A program made the translations under genes and the position numbers. From Candidatus Woesebacteria bacterium RIFCSPLOWO2_01_FULL_39_10 (GTDB lineage Bacteria > Patescibacteriota > Microgenomatia > UBA8517), in NCBI GenBank assembly GCA_001793015.1, contig MGHC01000011.1, forward strand, positions 18,604 to 54,108: a DNA stretch of 35,505 bases, written 5' to 3'. The notes beneath the pieces were generated by a model, which saw only the letters and a program-made list of their open reading frames with translations, searched no databases and was not told where the DNA came from. This document shows, piece by piece, positions 26,154 to 34,877 of this stretch (its first letter is position 1; the number at the start of each line of letters is the position of its first letter).

Positions 26154-27368
26154 ATGAAAATACAAAATGGTTGGCATTTAGTCAAGGCAGCTCTTGAGGG
26201 TTTCAAGAGAAATAAGGTAAGGAGTTTATTAACATCACTTGGAATTATGATTGGTGTACTCTCTGTGGTTCTTCTAATAGCACTTGGGTTAGGACTTAAA
26301 AATTATTTAAGACAGCAGTTTGAAAGCTTGGGAGCAAATTTAGTAATTATTTTTCCTGGAAATATTTCTTCAAGTGAAGAAGGTGGGGGAATTGCGAATT
26401 TCGGACCGGGGTTTGCAGGGGGTGCTGACTTTGACGAGAAAGATTACTTGAGCTTAACTCGTATAAGCGAAGCAGATTATGTCGTTCCCTTGTTTATGAA
26501 AAGTAGCGTGATTGAGTCTGAGACAGAAAGGAAATTTGGATATTTCATGGGCACAAATGAACAAGCTTTTAAAATACTGAATTTAGAAACATTAGAGGGA
26601 AAGTTTTTTACAAAAAGCGATTTAACAGCACGGACAAAAGTTGCGGTCTTGGGGCAAAACCTGGCCGACGGTCTTTATGAAGATTCGAAAGACGCTGTAG
26701 GGAAAACAATAAGGGTTGGTGAACAGCGTTTTAAAGTAATAGGAGTAGCCAAAAAAAAGGGTGATCGTGAGCAAGACAATGGTGTTATAACTCCCTACAA
26801 AACCTCTTTTGGAACACTAAATTCTGGTAAAACCTTTTTTACAATTTATTTGGGTACAACAGATGAGAAGAGCATTGAAGTGATTAAAAGACGGGCTGAG
26901 GAGATACTTCTTAAACGCTACAAAAAAGGGGACTTCACAGTTACCGAGCAAACTGAGATTCTTTCAACGGTTAATCAAATATTTTCAATTGTAAACGCGA
27001 TACTTGTGGCTATTGGATCAATATCACTTTTGGTTGGAGGAATTGGCATAATGAATATCATGTATGCTACAGTTACTGAACGTACTAAAGAAGTCGGTAT
27101 TAGACGGGCTGTTGGAGCAACTCAGTGGGATATTTTAAAGCAATTTTTGACTGAAAGTGTTCTTCTTTCAATTTTCGGAGGTAGTCTAGGATTGATCATC
27201 GCATCATTAATAGTATTGATTGTTCGTAGATTTTTCCCGGTCTCTCTTAATCTTTTGGCAGTATTTATAGCAATAGCCGTTTCTTCAGGAATTGGAATAT
27301 TTTTTGGAGTATTCCCCGCCCGTCGCGCAGCAAAGCTTCCGCCGATTGAGGCTATTCGGTACGAATAG
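26154..27368 (+). CDS. ABC transporter permease (MacB/FtsX type)
   Basis: RSLLTSLGIMIGV, LLVGGIGIMNIM, ERTKEVGIRRAVGA, PARRAAKLPPIEAIRYE; ATG 26154 just after the ATPase stop. Confidence 0.95.
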   Translation: MKIQNGWHLVKAALEGFKRNKVRSLLTSLGIMIGVLSVVLLIALGLGLKNYLRQQFESLGANLVIIFPGNISSSEEGGGIANFGPGFAGGADFDEKDYLSLTRISEADYVVPLFMKSSVIESETERKFGYFMGTNEQAFKILNLETLEGKFFTKSDLTARTKVAVLGQNLADGLYEDSKDAVGKTIRVGEQRFKVIGVAKKKGDREQDNGVITPYKTSFGTLNSGKTFFTIYLGTTDEKSIEVIKRRAEEILLKRYKKGDFTVTEQTEILSTVNQIFSIVNAILVAIGSISLLVGGIGIMNIMYATVTERTKEVGIRRAVGATQWDILKQFLTESVLLSIFGGSLGLIIASLIVLIVRRFFPVSLNLLAVFIAIAVSSGIGIFFGVFPARRAAKLPPIEAIRYE

Positions 27369-27416
27369 CCGAAATACTGAGCTTGTCGAAGTATTGAGGC
27401 AATACGCTACGAATAG
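27345..27416 (+). repeat. Duplicated 24-nt gene end flanking a REP-like palindrome
   Basis: 27345-27368 and 27393-27416 both encode IEAIRYE-stop; AATACT-GAGCTTGTCGA-AGTATT (27373-27395) lies between them. Confidence 0.85.
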
Positions 27417-27481
27417 TTGTTAAGTGCAACTAGCTATGCCTTCAGTAATAATTAGGGTAATTTTTGCTATACTTTAAATAA

Positions 27482-28534
27482 ATGAATAATACTCTTACGG
27501 CGTTGAAAAGTGTTAAGGTTGGCCATTCCACACATCTTGATAAGATGACGGGTACTACTGTGGTACTTTTTGATAGAGATTTACCAGTTGCATATAAATG
27601 CTATGGAGGTTCTACGGGTACTTTTAATACAGATACGTTTCGTAATGGCAAGAGTGACAACAGAGCAAATGCAATATTTATATCAGGTGGTAGTTGGTCG
27701 GGCTTACAAGCTGCTGGAGAGATTATAAAACGATTAATTGAAAAAGAAATTGGTGAAAAAGTTTTTAAAATCATTAATCCTAATCTAACCGGAGCTATTG
27801 TTTTTGACTTAGGTACGAGAATCGAGAAATTTAATCCTTTGTATGGTAGAGAAGCAGTTGATAACGCTTCAGCTAATCCTGTGGAACGAGGTAATGTTGG
27901 TGCTGGAACTGGAACATCTGTGGGTAAGTTTCGATACTTTGATAATGGAAAGATATTTGCTGGGATGAAAGCAGGAGTGGGTTGTAGCCTAATAGATCTG
28001 AGTAACGGAGCTATTGTGAGTGCTTTATCTGTCGTAAATGCTATCGGTAATATTATTCTCCCTGACGGAAAAATTCTTGCTGGGAACAGAAATGTTGAAA
28101 AAGATGGAGAATTTCTTACATTTGAAAGTTTTTCGGATTTTGTAACCCAAAAAGAGACAAACACGACTATTACTGTTGTTGGAACAAACGTTAATCTTCA
28201 TACGCGTGAACATTATGAACGAGTTGCACATTTAGCTACACATGGACAGATAAGAGCAATAAATCCTGCGAATACAGGTCTTGATGGTGACACTGTATTT
28301 GTATTCTCAACGGAAGAAATAGATTCATTTATGTTCTCGGATGCAAAAACAAAAGCGCGAGGAAGTTATTGGAAAGATTTAGATGTAGATATTATTGGGC
28401 AGATTGCTGCAAAAGCAGTACAAGAAAGTATTTATGATGCATGTAGACAAGTAGATACAATCTCTCTCGAAGGCGCATACAAAGGAATAGTTCCGTCTAT
28501 CAAAGATTATAACCAAGAAACAAAATCACCTTAG
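27482..28534 (+). CDS. P1/S58 family peptidase (DmpA-like L-aminopeptidase/D-esterase)
   Basis: VKVGH, TGTTVV, SGGS, FDL, GNVGAGTG, VNAIG, NTTITVVGTN, DGDTVFVFST. Confidence 0.88.
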   Translation: MNNTLTALKSVKVGHSTHLDKMTGTTVVLFDRDLPVAYKCYGGSTGTFNTDTFRNGKSDNRANAIFISGGSWSGLQAAGEIIKRLIEKEIGEKVFKIINPNLTGAIVFDLGTRIEKFNPLYGREAVDNASANPVERGNVGAGTGTSVGKFRYFDNGKIFAGMKAGVGCSLIDLSNGAIVSALSVVNAIGNIILPDGKILAGNRNVEKDGEFLTFESFSDFVTQKETNTTITVVGTNVNLHTREHYERVAHLATHGQIRAINPANTGLDGDTVFVFSTEEIDSFMFSDAKTKARGSYWKDLDVDIIGQIAAKAVQESIYDACRQVDTISLEGAYKGIVPSIKDYNQETKSP

Positions 28535-28540
28535 AGGTGA
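28526..28540. repeat. REP-like palindrome left of the RAYT gene
   Basis: TCACCT-TAG-AGGTGA; 28527-28540 is the exact reverse complement of 29289-29302. Confidence 0.75.
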
Positions 28541-28582
28541 AAGCCTATTTACACGTTTGGTATTTTAGATTAAATTTAAGTT

Positions 28583-29260
28583 ATGCCAGGTAGAGGAGTT
28601 CCTCTTGTAAACGATGAGATTTATCACGTTGTTAATCGAGGAATTGCTTCACAACCTATATTCTTTAACAAAAAAGATTATGAGCGAAAAATTGCTACTA
28701 TTTCCTATTATCAACATGCGTACCCGCCATTAAGGTATTCCTTCTTTATTCGTTTACCAAAAGATAGAAGGCTGGAAATTATTGAAAAGTTTAAGAAAAA
28801 AGGCGATATCTTAGTAGAGATTATTGCTTATTGTTTGATGCCGAATCATTTACATCTTCTTTTGAAACAAAAAAGTAATAATGGTATTTCCTCATTTATG
28901 AGTAATATTTCAAATAGCTACACACGTTATCTTAATGTCAAAAATAAAAGATTTGGACCAATTTATCAAGGAAAATTTAAAGCCGTACGAATAGAAACGG
29001 ATGAGCAACTTTTACATGTTCAACGTTATATCCATCTTAACCCTTATAGTTCGCACGTTGTAAGAGACATTGAAGAACTTGAAAAGTATCCTTACTTCTC
29101 ATTGTCGGAATATTTAGATAAGTCTTATTTAGATCTTTGCAATAAAGAATTGGTTTTGGGTTTTTTCAAGAATAAAAAGGCATACAAAAAATTTATTTAC
29201 AATCAGGCCGATTATCAGAGGAAGCTTGACGATATTAAGCATTTAACATTGGAGCGTTAG
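28583..29260 (+). mobile_element. REP-associated tyrosine transposase (RAYT, Y1 HUH family) CDS
   Basis: YHVVNRG, AYCLMPNHLHLL (HUH), YTRYLN, QGKFKA, RYIHLNP (catalytic Tyr). Confidence 0.9.
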
Positions 29261-29302
29261 TATCCTAACTCCAATGTGTGAACCTATCTCACCTCTAAGG
29301 TG
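29246..29302. repeat. Two palindromes right of the RAYT gene
   Basis: Bulged hairpin ACATTGGA-GC-GTTAG-TATC-CTAAC-TCCAATGT (29246-29277) over the stop codon; TCACCTCTAAGGTG (29289-29302). Confidence 0.75.
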
Positions 29303-29348
29303 CAGGTCCTCTTGTATTATTTCAAGCCTTTCTGCTACGATTGATTTG

Positions 29349-30500
29349 ATGGAAAAAGTTGTAATTGTGATGGCTGCTTGGAATGAAGCAGAAAACATTA
29401 AAAGGATGATGGATACCTTATTTGAGGAGGTCTTTCCCAAAATCTCCGCTGACATGCATCTTCTTGTAGCAGACAATAATTCAACGGACGGAATGACCCA
29501 GATTGTGGAACAGGAAATGAGGAAAAGGGAAAATCTTCACATAGTCCAACAGGGCGAGAAAAAAGGTTTGGGTCATGCTTATGTGGCCGGTTTTAAATAC
29601 GCTGTAGCTAAATTAGGGGCTGATGCGGTTATGGAAATGGATGCTGATGGGCAGCACCCGCCGCAGTTTGTAAAACCTATGGTAGATGCATACTTAGGAG
29701 GAGCTGATTACGTTATTGGTTCTCGTTATATTCCAGGAGGATCTGTTCCAAAAGAATGGGCATTTTCAAGACGCTTCATAAGTTTCGCGGGCAATTTATT
29801 TATAAGACTAGTTTTACTTAAACCTTCCCTTCATGATTTAACAACCGGTTTCAGATTGACTAAAGTTAAAGGGGTTTTGGATAGAATTGACTTAGACAAT
29901 CTTATGGAGAGAGAAAGGTTCGCGTACAAAGTTGATCTTTTATACCAATCAATTAAAAATGCAAAAAAAGTAGTAGAAGTACCACTGGAATTTAGACCAA
30001 GGACAACTGATAAGTCAAAATTCAATACGAAAGAGATGATTGCAACTTTTAAAGTCGCAATAATTTTAGGAATCAAAGATAAAGCAAAGTTTATTAAATT
30101 TGGTACGGTCGGATTCGCAGGATATTTGGTAAATGCACTAGGACTTTACTTTTTTAGTAGATTTGATTGGCCGGAGCCTGTAATTTGGGCGGCAGCAACA
30201 GAACTTGCGATAATTAATAATTTTATATTCAACAATATCTGGACTTTCAAATCTGAGAAAATTACCGGACTTGGTCGTTTACTATACAAATTCTTACAGT
30301 TTAATTTAACTTCAACAGGCGCTTTGATTATTCAAACTGTTGTTGGAACAGCAGGTGTCTTTGTTTTTGGTCCAAACTCCCGTCAAATTCTTTTGCCATT
30401 TATAATTCTTTTCTTGGTACTTCCTTACAATTATTTCATGTACAACGTTGTCATTTGGAAGAGCTGGAATCTGGCAAAACTTCTGAAGAGGCAGTCCTAG
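29349..30500 (+). CDS. Polyprenol-phosphate glycosyltransferase (DPM1-like GT2) fused to a GtrA-like domain
   Basis: AAWNEAENI, DNNSTDG, KKGLGHAY, MDADGQHP, VIGSRY, DLTTGFR; tail FIKFGTVG, NNFIFNNIWTF; start moved to ATG 29349. Confidence 0.9.
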   Translation: MEKVVIVMAAWNEAENIKRMMDTLFEEVFPKISADMHLLVADNNSTDGMTQIVEQEMRKRENLHIVQQGEKKGLGHAYVAGFKYAVAKLGADAVMEMDADGQHPPQFVKPMVDAYLGGADYVIGSRYIPGGSVPKEWAFSRRFISFAGNLFIRLVLLKPSLHDLTTGFRLTKVKGVLDRIDLDNLMERERFAYKVDLLYQSIKNAKKVVEVPLEFRPRTTDKSKFNTKEMIATFKVAIILGIKDKAKFIKFGTVGFAGYLVNALGLYFFSRFDWPEPVIWAAATELAIINNFIFNNIWTFKSEKITGLGRLLYKFLQFNLTSTGALIIQTVVGTAGVFVFGPNSRQILLPFIILFLVLPYNYFMYNVVIWKSWNLAKLLKRQS

Positions 30501-30711
30501 ATCCCTCGCCCCCTGATTCAGAGTCATAGACAGTTCCCGTATTCGAAGCCTGTGTAATGTTTCTTGAAGGACAATCTGGGTCGGGGCAAACTTCTCTCGC
30601 AGGAAAATGTACTACTCCACAGCCTTGACAATTTGATCCCTCGAGCCTAAGAAAGGGACCTTGCAGTCTTTTCCAACGTGCTGGTGAAAATGAAGTATTT
30701 GGTCTTTCCAC
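30451..30711 (-). CDS. Small zinc-ribbon protein (DUF35 N-terminal-like), no OB fold
   Basis: RLEGSNCQGCGVVHFPAREVCPDPDC; TAATAT 6 nt before the GTG. Confidence 0.6.
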   Translation of the reverse strand: MERPNTSFSPARWKRLQGPFLRLEGSNCQGCGVVHFPAREVCPDPDCPSRNITQASNTGTVYDSESGGEGSRTASSEVLPDSSSSK

Positions 30712-30788
30712 TCTGGAATATTAGTCGTATGACAAGTACAAGCCCCACGTTTTTCTTGATATCCTATTATCTTTTCATCCTAACATCT

Positions 30789-31946
30789 TCAAAGAAGAGG
30801 GGCCCAGTCGGAGATAGGCATAACGTTTTGGGAGATATAGGCGAGAGAAAAAAGATAGATTGGAATTATAAGAACAATCATTGCCAATTTAAATTCCTTC
30901 TTGACGATTGTTTCGGAAAAAGCGGCAAGCAAAAATGGAACTATCGGAAGAGAGTATCGGATAAGGTCCCTATGAGATACGAAAAGTATGGATACAAAAA
31001 ATACTCCCACAAACCATGCAAGCTGATTTTCCTTCATCTTTATTAACTTGATTAGTCCCAGGAGCCCGAAAAGATATACAAAAATTATCTCCTCTAACCA
31101 AAATGTACCTACCCAGGGTTGGCTGTAGTTAAATATCTGGAAGGGAGGAAAGAAAAGGTGAATATTGTCTCCTGAGTGAAAATAAGCCAGAAAATCGTCA
31201 AGCTGAACTTTATAAAACACAAAAATGACAATAAGTGCAAGTGGAATGATAAATATTGAAAGATAACTTTTTATATTTATCGAAGGAAGTAACTTAGTAA
31301 TAGCTGTTGTAGCCGCCTTCTTCAAAATCGGAAAAGTTAAGGCCAGGAAAAGCGCCACAAAAAGTAGTATCCCTGGAGATTTCGTAAGTTGCGCTAGGCC
31401 TCCCCAAAAACCTGCAGCCAGATACTTTTGTTTTCTAAAGTAATAAAAAGTTGCAATGATTGCAGCGATAAATAATGGTTCAGGAGAGCCCACCGATCGG
31501 ATAATTAACCATCTTGCCGGAAAAATTAAAAAAACTGTCGTCATCCATAAAGCATCTTTTTTATCAACGAAACCTTGGATAAAGAGATAAAAAAAGTAAG
31601 CTGCCAAAATCGAGGATACGCCTGTAACGAAAAGCATTGCATAAGGAAACCCTAAAAACGTTGCGAATGCTTTTATAAGAAGGGGGTATAGGGGAAAGTG
31701 CGCAGCATAATATTCGTTTGGAAGTCCAAAAGAAAAATTACTTACAAGATTCGGGTTATAGAGAGTTTTTGCAACGACAATATAAAGAGGCCCATCATAA
31801 TTAGCGACAATTGTGGCCATACCATCGTCAGGAAGCGGTATACCCCAGACAGATTCAAGTCGCAGAAAAAATGGTAGCCAAATGATAAAAATAGAGAGGA
31901 CAGAAAGAATAGTGAGAGCAATAACTAACCTAAATTTTGAAGCCAT
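30789..31946 (-). CDS. GT-C mannosyltransferase-like membrane protein (PIG-V-like)
   Basis: NYDGPLYIVVA, HFPLYPLLI, SPEPLF, TKSPGILL, IRYSLP; multi-TM. Confidence 0.75.
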   Translation of the reverse strand: MASKFRLVIALTILSVLSIFIIWLPFFLRLESVWGIPLPDDGMATIVANYDGPLYIVVAKTLYNPNLVSNFSFGLPNEYYAAHFPLYPLLIKAFATFLGFPYAMLFVTGVSSILAAYFFYLFIQGFVDKKDALWMTTVFLIFPARWLIIRSVGSPEPLFIAAIIATFYYFRKQKYLAAGFWGGLAQLTKSPGILLFVALFLALTFPILKKAATTAITKLLPSINIKSYLSIFIIPLALIVIFVFYKVQLDDFLAYFHSGDNIHLFFPPFQIFNYSQPWVGTFWLEEIIFVYLFGLLGLIKLIKMKENQLAWFVGVFFVSILFVSHRDLIRYSLPIVPFLLAAFSETIVKKEFKLAMIVLIIPIYLFSLAYISQNVMPISDWAPLL

Positions 31947-31985
31947 TTGAGAAAATGATATAACGTTTGGAGAACTTAAACAAGA

Positions 31986-32348
31986 TTAGCTGACTTCCGC
32001 GAACTCTCCGTCTAAAAGTAGATAATAAATTTTAACAACAAGACCTGGATATTTGTTATTAATTTCATCTCTGGCCTTTCTTAAATCTTCTGCATGTCTT
32101 TCTGGAGTACTTTCAGCACCGTATGCTCCACAATCCTCATGATGTATTAGGTGGACTTCTTTAATTGAATGAAGTCTTACCGAAATATCTATCTGATTCA
32201 TTATTGTTGGGAGATCCTTTGTAGCTCCTGCAAAACCGACATAGTCGAAAGTTTTATTTGTGAAGTTTTTATCTAGCCAATTTCGAATATGTTTCTGAAA
32301 TCGGAAGTCTATACAAGAAACTATAATTGCGTCACAGTTATGAGCCAT
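31986..32348 (-). CDS. Small beta-carbonic-anhydrase-like protein
   Basis: SCIDFR (CxDxR), FAGA, HHEDCGAY (HxxC); promoter TTGAAA-17-TATACT upstream. Confidence 0.8.
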   Translation of the reverse strand: MAHNCDAIIVSCIDFRFQKHIRNWLDKNFTNKTFDYVGFAGATKDLPTIMNQIDISVRLHSIKEVHLIHHEDCGAYGAESTPERHAEDLRKARDEINNKYPGLVVKIYYLLLDGEFAEVS

Positions 32349-32410
32349 GTTTATGAAAGTATATTGTCAAAAGTGAAAATTTTCAAGGAAATTAATTACC
32401 TACGACTTAT

Positions 32411-32830
32411 CTATCTGTATAAGTCAGAATCTATCATGAAAGGAGCTGCCGATCCGTGTCTGTGAGGTTCTGGGATTACAAAAGAGGTTCCGAATTGTTT
32501 ATTAAGATCTTGAACTTCTTCTCTTGCTGCAACTATTAATCCAGACTGAGCTTCATATGTTTGATATCCTTGTGTGAACATCCAACCGCACGCCAAGTGT
32601 CCTTCAAGAACTCCTCCTTTACCCTCGCGTTTAGAAACGTAGGGTAGTAAAAAACCGTTTAGGTGAAGCTTGACAACTCCACCAACAAGACGCCAGGCAG
32701 CTCTAGATTGAATGAGCGGGTCGCCGCAAGCAACAGCAGTCTCGTTAATTCTATTAAGATGTCTATAGTCGATCTGCTTCTCTTCCTTGGCAATAAATCG
32801 ATATAGTTGTTCTTCTGTTTCGATTCCCAT
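32411..32830 (-). CDS. Hypothetical protein, divergent beta-CA-like zinc site
   Basis: VACGDPL, WRLVGG, EGHLACGW in beta-CA order; promoter TTGAAG-17-TAGAAT (32894-32866). Confidence 0.55.
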   Translation of the reverse strand: MGIETEEQLYRFIAKEEKQIDYRHLNRINETAVACGDPLIQSRAAWRLVGGVVKLHLNGFLLPYVSKREGKGGVLEGHLACGWMFTQGYQTYEAQSGLIVAAREEVQDLNKQFGTSFVIPEPHRHGSAAPFMIDSDLYR

Positions 32831-32927
32831 AAAAAAACCTATAGATTGTCCATAGGTAAGGCGTTATTCTAACACCTTGAGTCTCAAACTTCAACAACTT
32901 TAAAGTAAAAGAATTTTGGTTTTTATA

Positions 32928-32956
32928 TTGACTATTTTAAGAGATGAAGTTAAAAT
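32928..32956 (+). promoter_or_regulatory. sigma70 promoter of the atp operon
   Basis: TTGACT, 17 bp, TAAAAT. Confidence 0.7.
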
Positions 32957-33039
32957 CAGTTGAAAAGTAGCAGGGTAATAATCTTACATTAAAAATCTCC
33001 TCCTATTTTTCTGATTTCAAAGAAAAATTACTAAATTTT

Positions 33040-33822
33040 ATGCATATTTCACTTGCGGCTGAGCCGCTTTTTCATTTGTACGGATTTACTGTCACAAATT
33101 CGCTTCTTGCTTCATTTATAACAAGCATTTTATTAATAATTATTGCAGTTTTAGTTTCTTCCAAGCTTAATAAGAAACCAGGTCGCTTCCAAACAATTGT
33201 TGAAGTAATTTTTATTTTTATTATCGACTTAGCAGAATCAGTTGGAGGCAAAAAGGCACGCGATTTTGTTCCTTTAGTTTTAACATTTTTCCTTTTCATT
33301 CTACTGTCGAATTGGTTAGGACTTCTTCCAGGATTCGGATCAATTGGTTTTAATGAGATTGAAGAAGGACACACTACTTTTGTGCCACTATTAAGAGGTG
33401 CAACTGCCGATCTTAACACAACTTTAGCTTTAGCTTTAATTTCTGTTTTTGCAATTCAATATTATGGTGTTGCAAAATTAAAACTTGGTTATTTTAAAAG
33501 GTTTTTGAATTTCTCAAACCCAATAAATTTTTTTGTAGGTATACTAGAATTAATATCGGATGTTGCAAAGGTCATATCGTTTTCCTTTAGGCTTTTTGGT
33601 AATATTTTTGCGGGAGAGGTTTTATTGGCAGTTATAACTAGCTTAGTGCCGATCATAGCTCCCTTGCCTTTTTTTGGACTCGAGATTTTTGTGGGTTTAA
33701 TTCAAGCTCTTGTATTTTCTATGTTAACATTAGTTTTCATCCAATTGGCAACCATTGAACATGGAGAGGCCCCCGGCCTAGATAGGCCTATGGCCAGGAA
33801 GGAGGTGGAACATGGGACCTGA
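33040..33822 (+). CDS. atpB: F0 subunit a
   Basis: PGRFQ, SNWLGLLPG, TADLNTTLALA, SFRLFGNIFAGE, IQALVFSMLT. Confidence 0.97.
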   Translation: MHISLAAEPLFHLYGFTVTNSLLASFITSILLIIIAVLVSSKLNKKPGRFQTIVEVIFIFIIDLAESVGGKKARDFVPLVLTFFLFILLSNWLGLLPGFGSIGFNEIEEGHTTFVPLLRGATADLNTTLALALISVFAIQYYGVAKLKLGYFKRFLNFSNPINFFVGILELISDVAKVISFSFRLFGNIFAGEVLLAVITSLVPIIAPLPFFGLEIFVGLIQALVFSMLTLVFIQLATIEHGEAPGLDRPMARKEVEHGT

Positions 33823-34039
33823 AGAAACAAAAATGTTGGCGACAGCATTAGTTATGGCGGTTGGAACGATAGCGCCCGCACTCGGTATTGGAATTTTAGC
33901 AGGTAAGGCCCTTGAGGCTATAGGAAGAAATCCTGAAGCAGCATCAAAAATTCAGACAAACATGATTTTAGCAATTGCCTTTACGGAAGCAATAGCGATT
34001 TATGCACTAGTAGTTGCCTTAATTATTAAATTCGTTTAA
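33812..34039 (+). CDS. atpE: F0 subunit c
   Basis: GRNPEA loop, FTEAIAIY carboxylate; SD AAGGAGGT upstream. Confidence 0.97.
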   Translation: MGPEETKMLATALVMAVGTIAPALGIGILAGKALEAIGRNPEAASKIQTNMILAIAFTEAIAIYALVVALIIKFV

Positions 34040-34062
34040 ATTCTTTTTTCGTCAGAGACAAT

Positions 34063-34536
34063 ATGGAAAGTTTAGGGTTAGATGTAAAAATACTATTAGC
34101 CCAAATTATTAATTTTGGGTTACTTCTTTTTATCCTGTCTAAGGTTTTGTATAAACCCGTGATTAAGTTGATTGATGAGAGGAATAAAAAACTGACTAAA
34201 GCAATTGAGGATAGTGCCGCAATTGAAAAGAAGTTAGAAAAAATCGAAGAATCTAAAAAAGATCTGCTCTCTCAAGCAAGACAAAATGCTAACAAGGAAC
34301 GCGAAGACCTAATAAAAATGGCACAAGAGGAAAGTCGAGTAATTATTGATAATGCCAAGAAGAAAGCGGAAAAAGAAATAGAGAAAGGTTTGACGATGCT
34401 GAAAACTGCAAAAGTTGAAGCAGAGAAAGAGCTGACTGACAAGTTTATGGAAAGAGTTATGGATAATCTTTTGAAAAAATTATCTCTTCAATCCAAAAAG
34501 AACGACTTTCCACTATTACGAAAAACTTTGAAATGA
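34063..34536 (+). CDS. atpF: F0 subunit b
   Basis: AQIINF, LYKPV..IDER, long charged coiled coil. Confidence 0.93.
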   Translation: MESLGLDVKILLAQIINFGLLLFILSKVLYKPVIKLIDERNKKLTKAIEDSAAIEKKLEKIEESKKDLLSQARQNANKEREDLIKMAQEESRVIIDNAKKKAEKEIEKGLTMLKTAKVEAEKELTDKFMERVMDNLLKKLSLQSKKNDFPLLRKTLK

Positions 34537-34877
34537 AGGACAAAGAAAAAAAAATAGCAAAAGAAGTTGCAGAAGTAGTTATTGATTATTTGGAAAAAAA
34601 TGGTGTAGCAAGCGCACTTCCGATGGTTTTAGATCTTTTGCGAAAAAAGAGCGCGCAGAATTCTGTTTATATCTACACTCCCAGAGAACTTAAGAAAGAC
34701 GAGCGTTTAAGTTTGAAAAAAATGTTTACAAAATTAACAGACACGAATGTTGATAAATTCTCTTTTGTTAAAGACGAGAGTCTCTTGGACGGCGTAAAAA
34801 TTATGTATAAAGACAGAGTTTGGGATTTTAGTTTATCCGGACAGTTAAAAAGTTTGAAACAAAGTCAAAATGTCTAA
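34533..34877 (+). CDS. atpH: F1 subunit delta, short form
   Basis: DESLLDGVKI..DRVWDFSLSGQL matches the delta C-terminal domain; lies between atpF and atpA. Confidence 0.8.
   Translation: MKDKEKKIAKEVAEVVIDYLEKNGVASALPMVLDLLRKKSAQNSVYIYTPRELKKDERLSLKKMFTKLTDTNVDKFSFVKDESLLDGVKIMYKDRVWDFSLSGQLKSLKQSQNV

Noticed and set aside
24442-27368. Assigning macA/macB symbols or macrolide resistance
   Set aside because: Family-level motifs only; substrate unknown and no TolC-like gene in the window
28583-29260. Classical IS200/IS605 element with tnpB
   Set aside because: Length and motifs (NRG, YIHLNP) fit RAYT; no tnpB adjacent
30761-30770. ATCCTATTAT as a further copy of the glycan-locus box
   Set aside because: Mismatched, outside the locus and explainable as a minus-strand -10-like sequence in AT-rich DNA
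1966-33419. Numerous short antisense or alternate-frame ORFs in the track (e.g. 2646-2930, 7745-8104, 15472-15819, 27601-28164, 30678-31046, 33072-33419)
   Set aside because: They lie on top of well-supported genes, show no motifs and look like shadow ORFs
33812-34039. Na+-translocating ATP synthase
   Set aside because: The c subunit lacks the Gln and Glu-Ser/Thr sodium-binding signature
34533-34877. atpH as a pseudogene because it is short
   Set aside because: Intact ORF overlapping both neighbours with a conserved C-terminal domain
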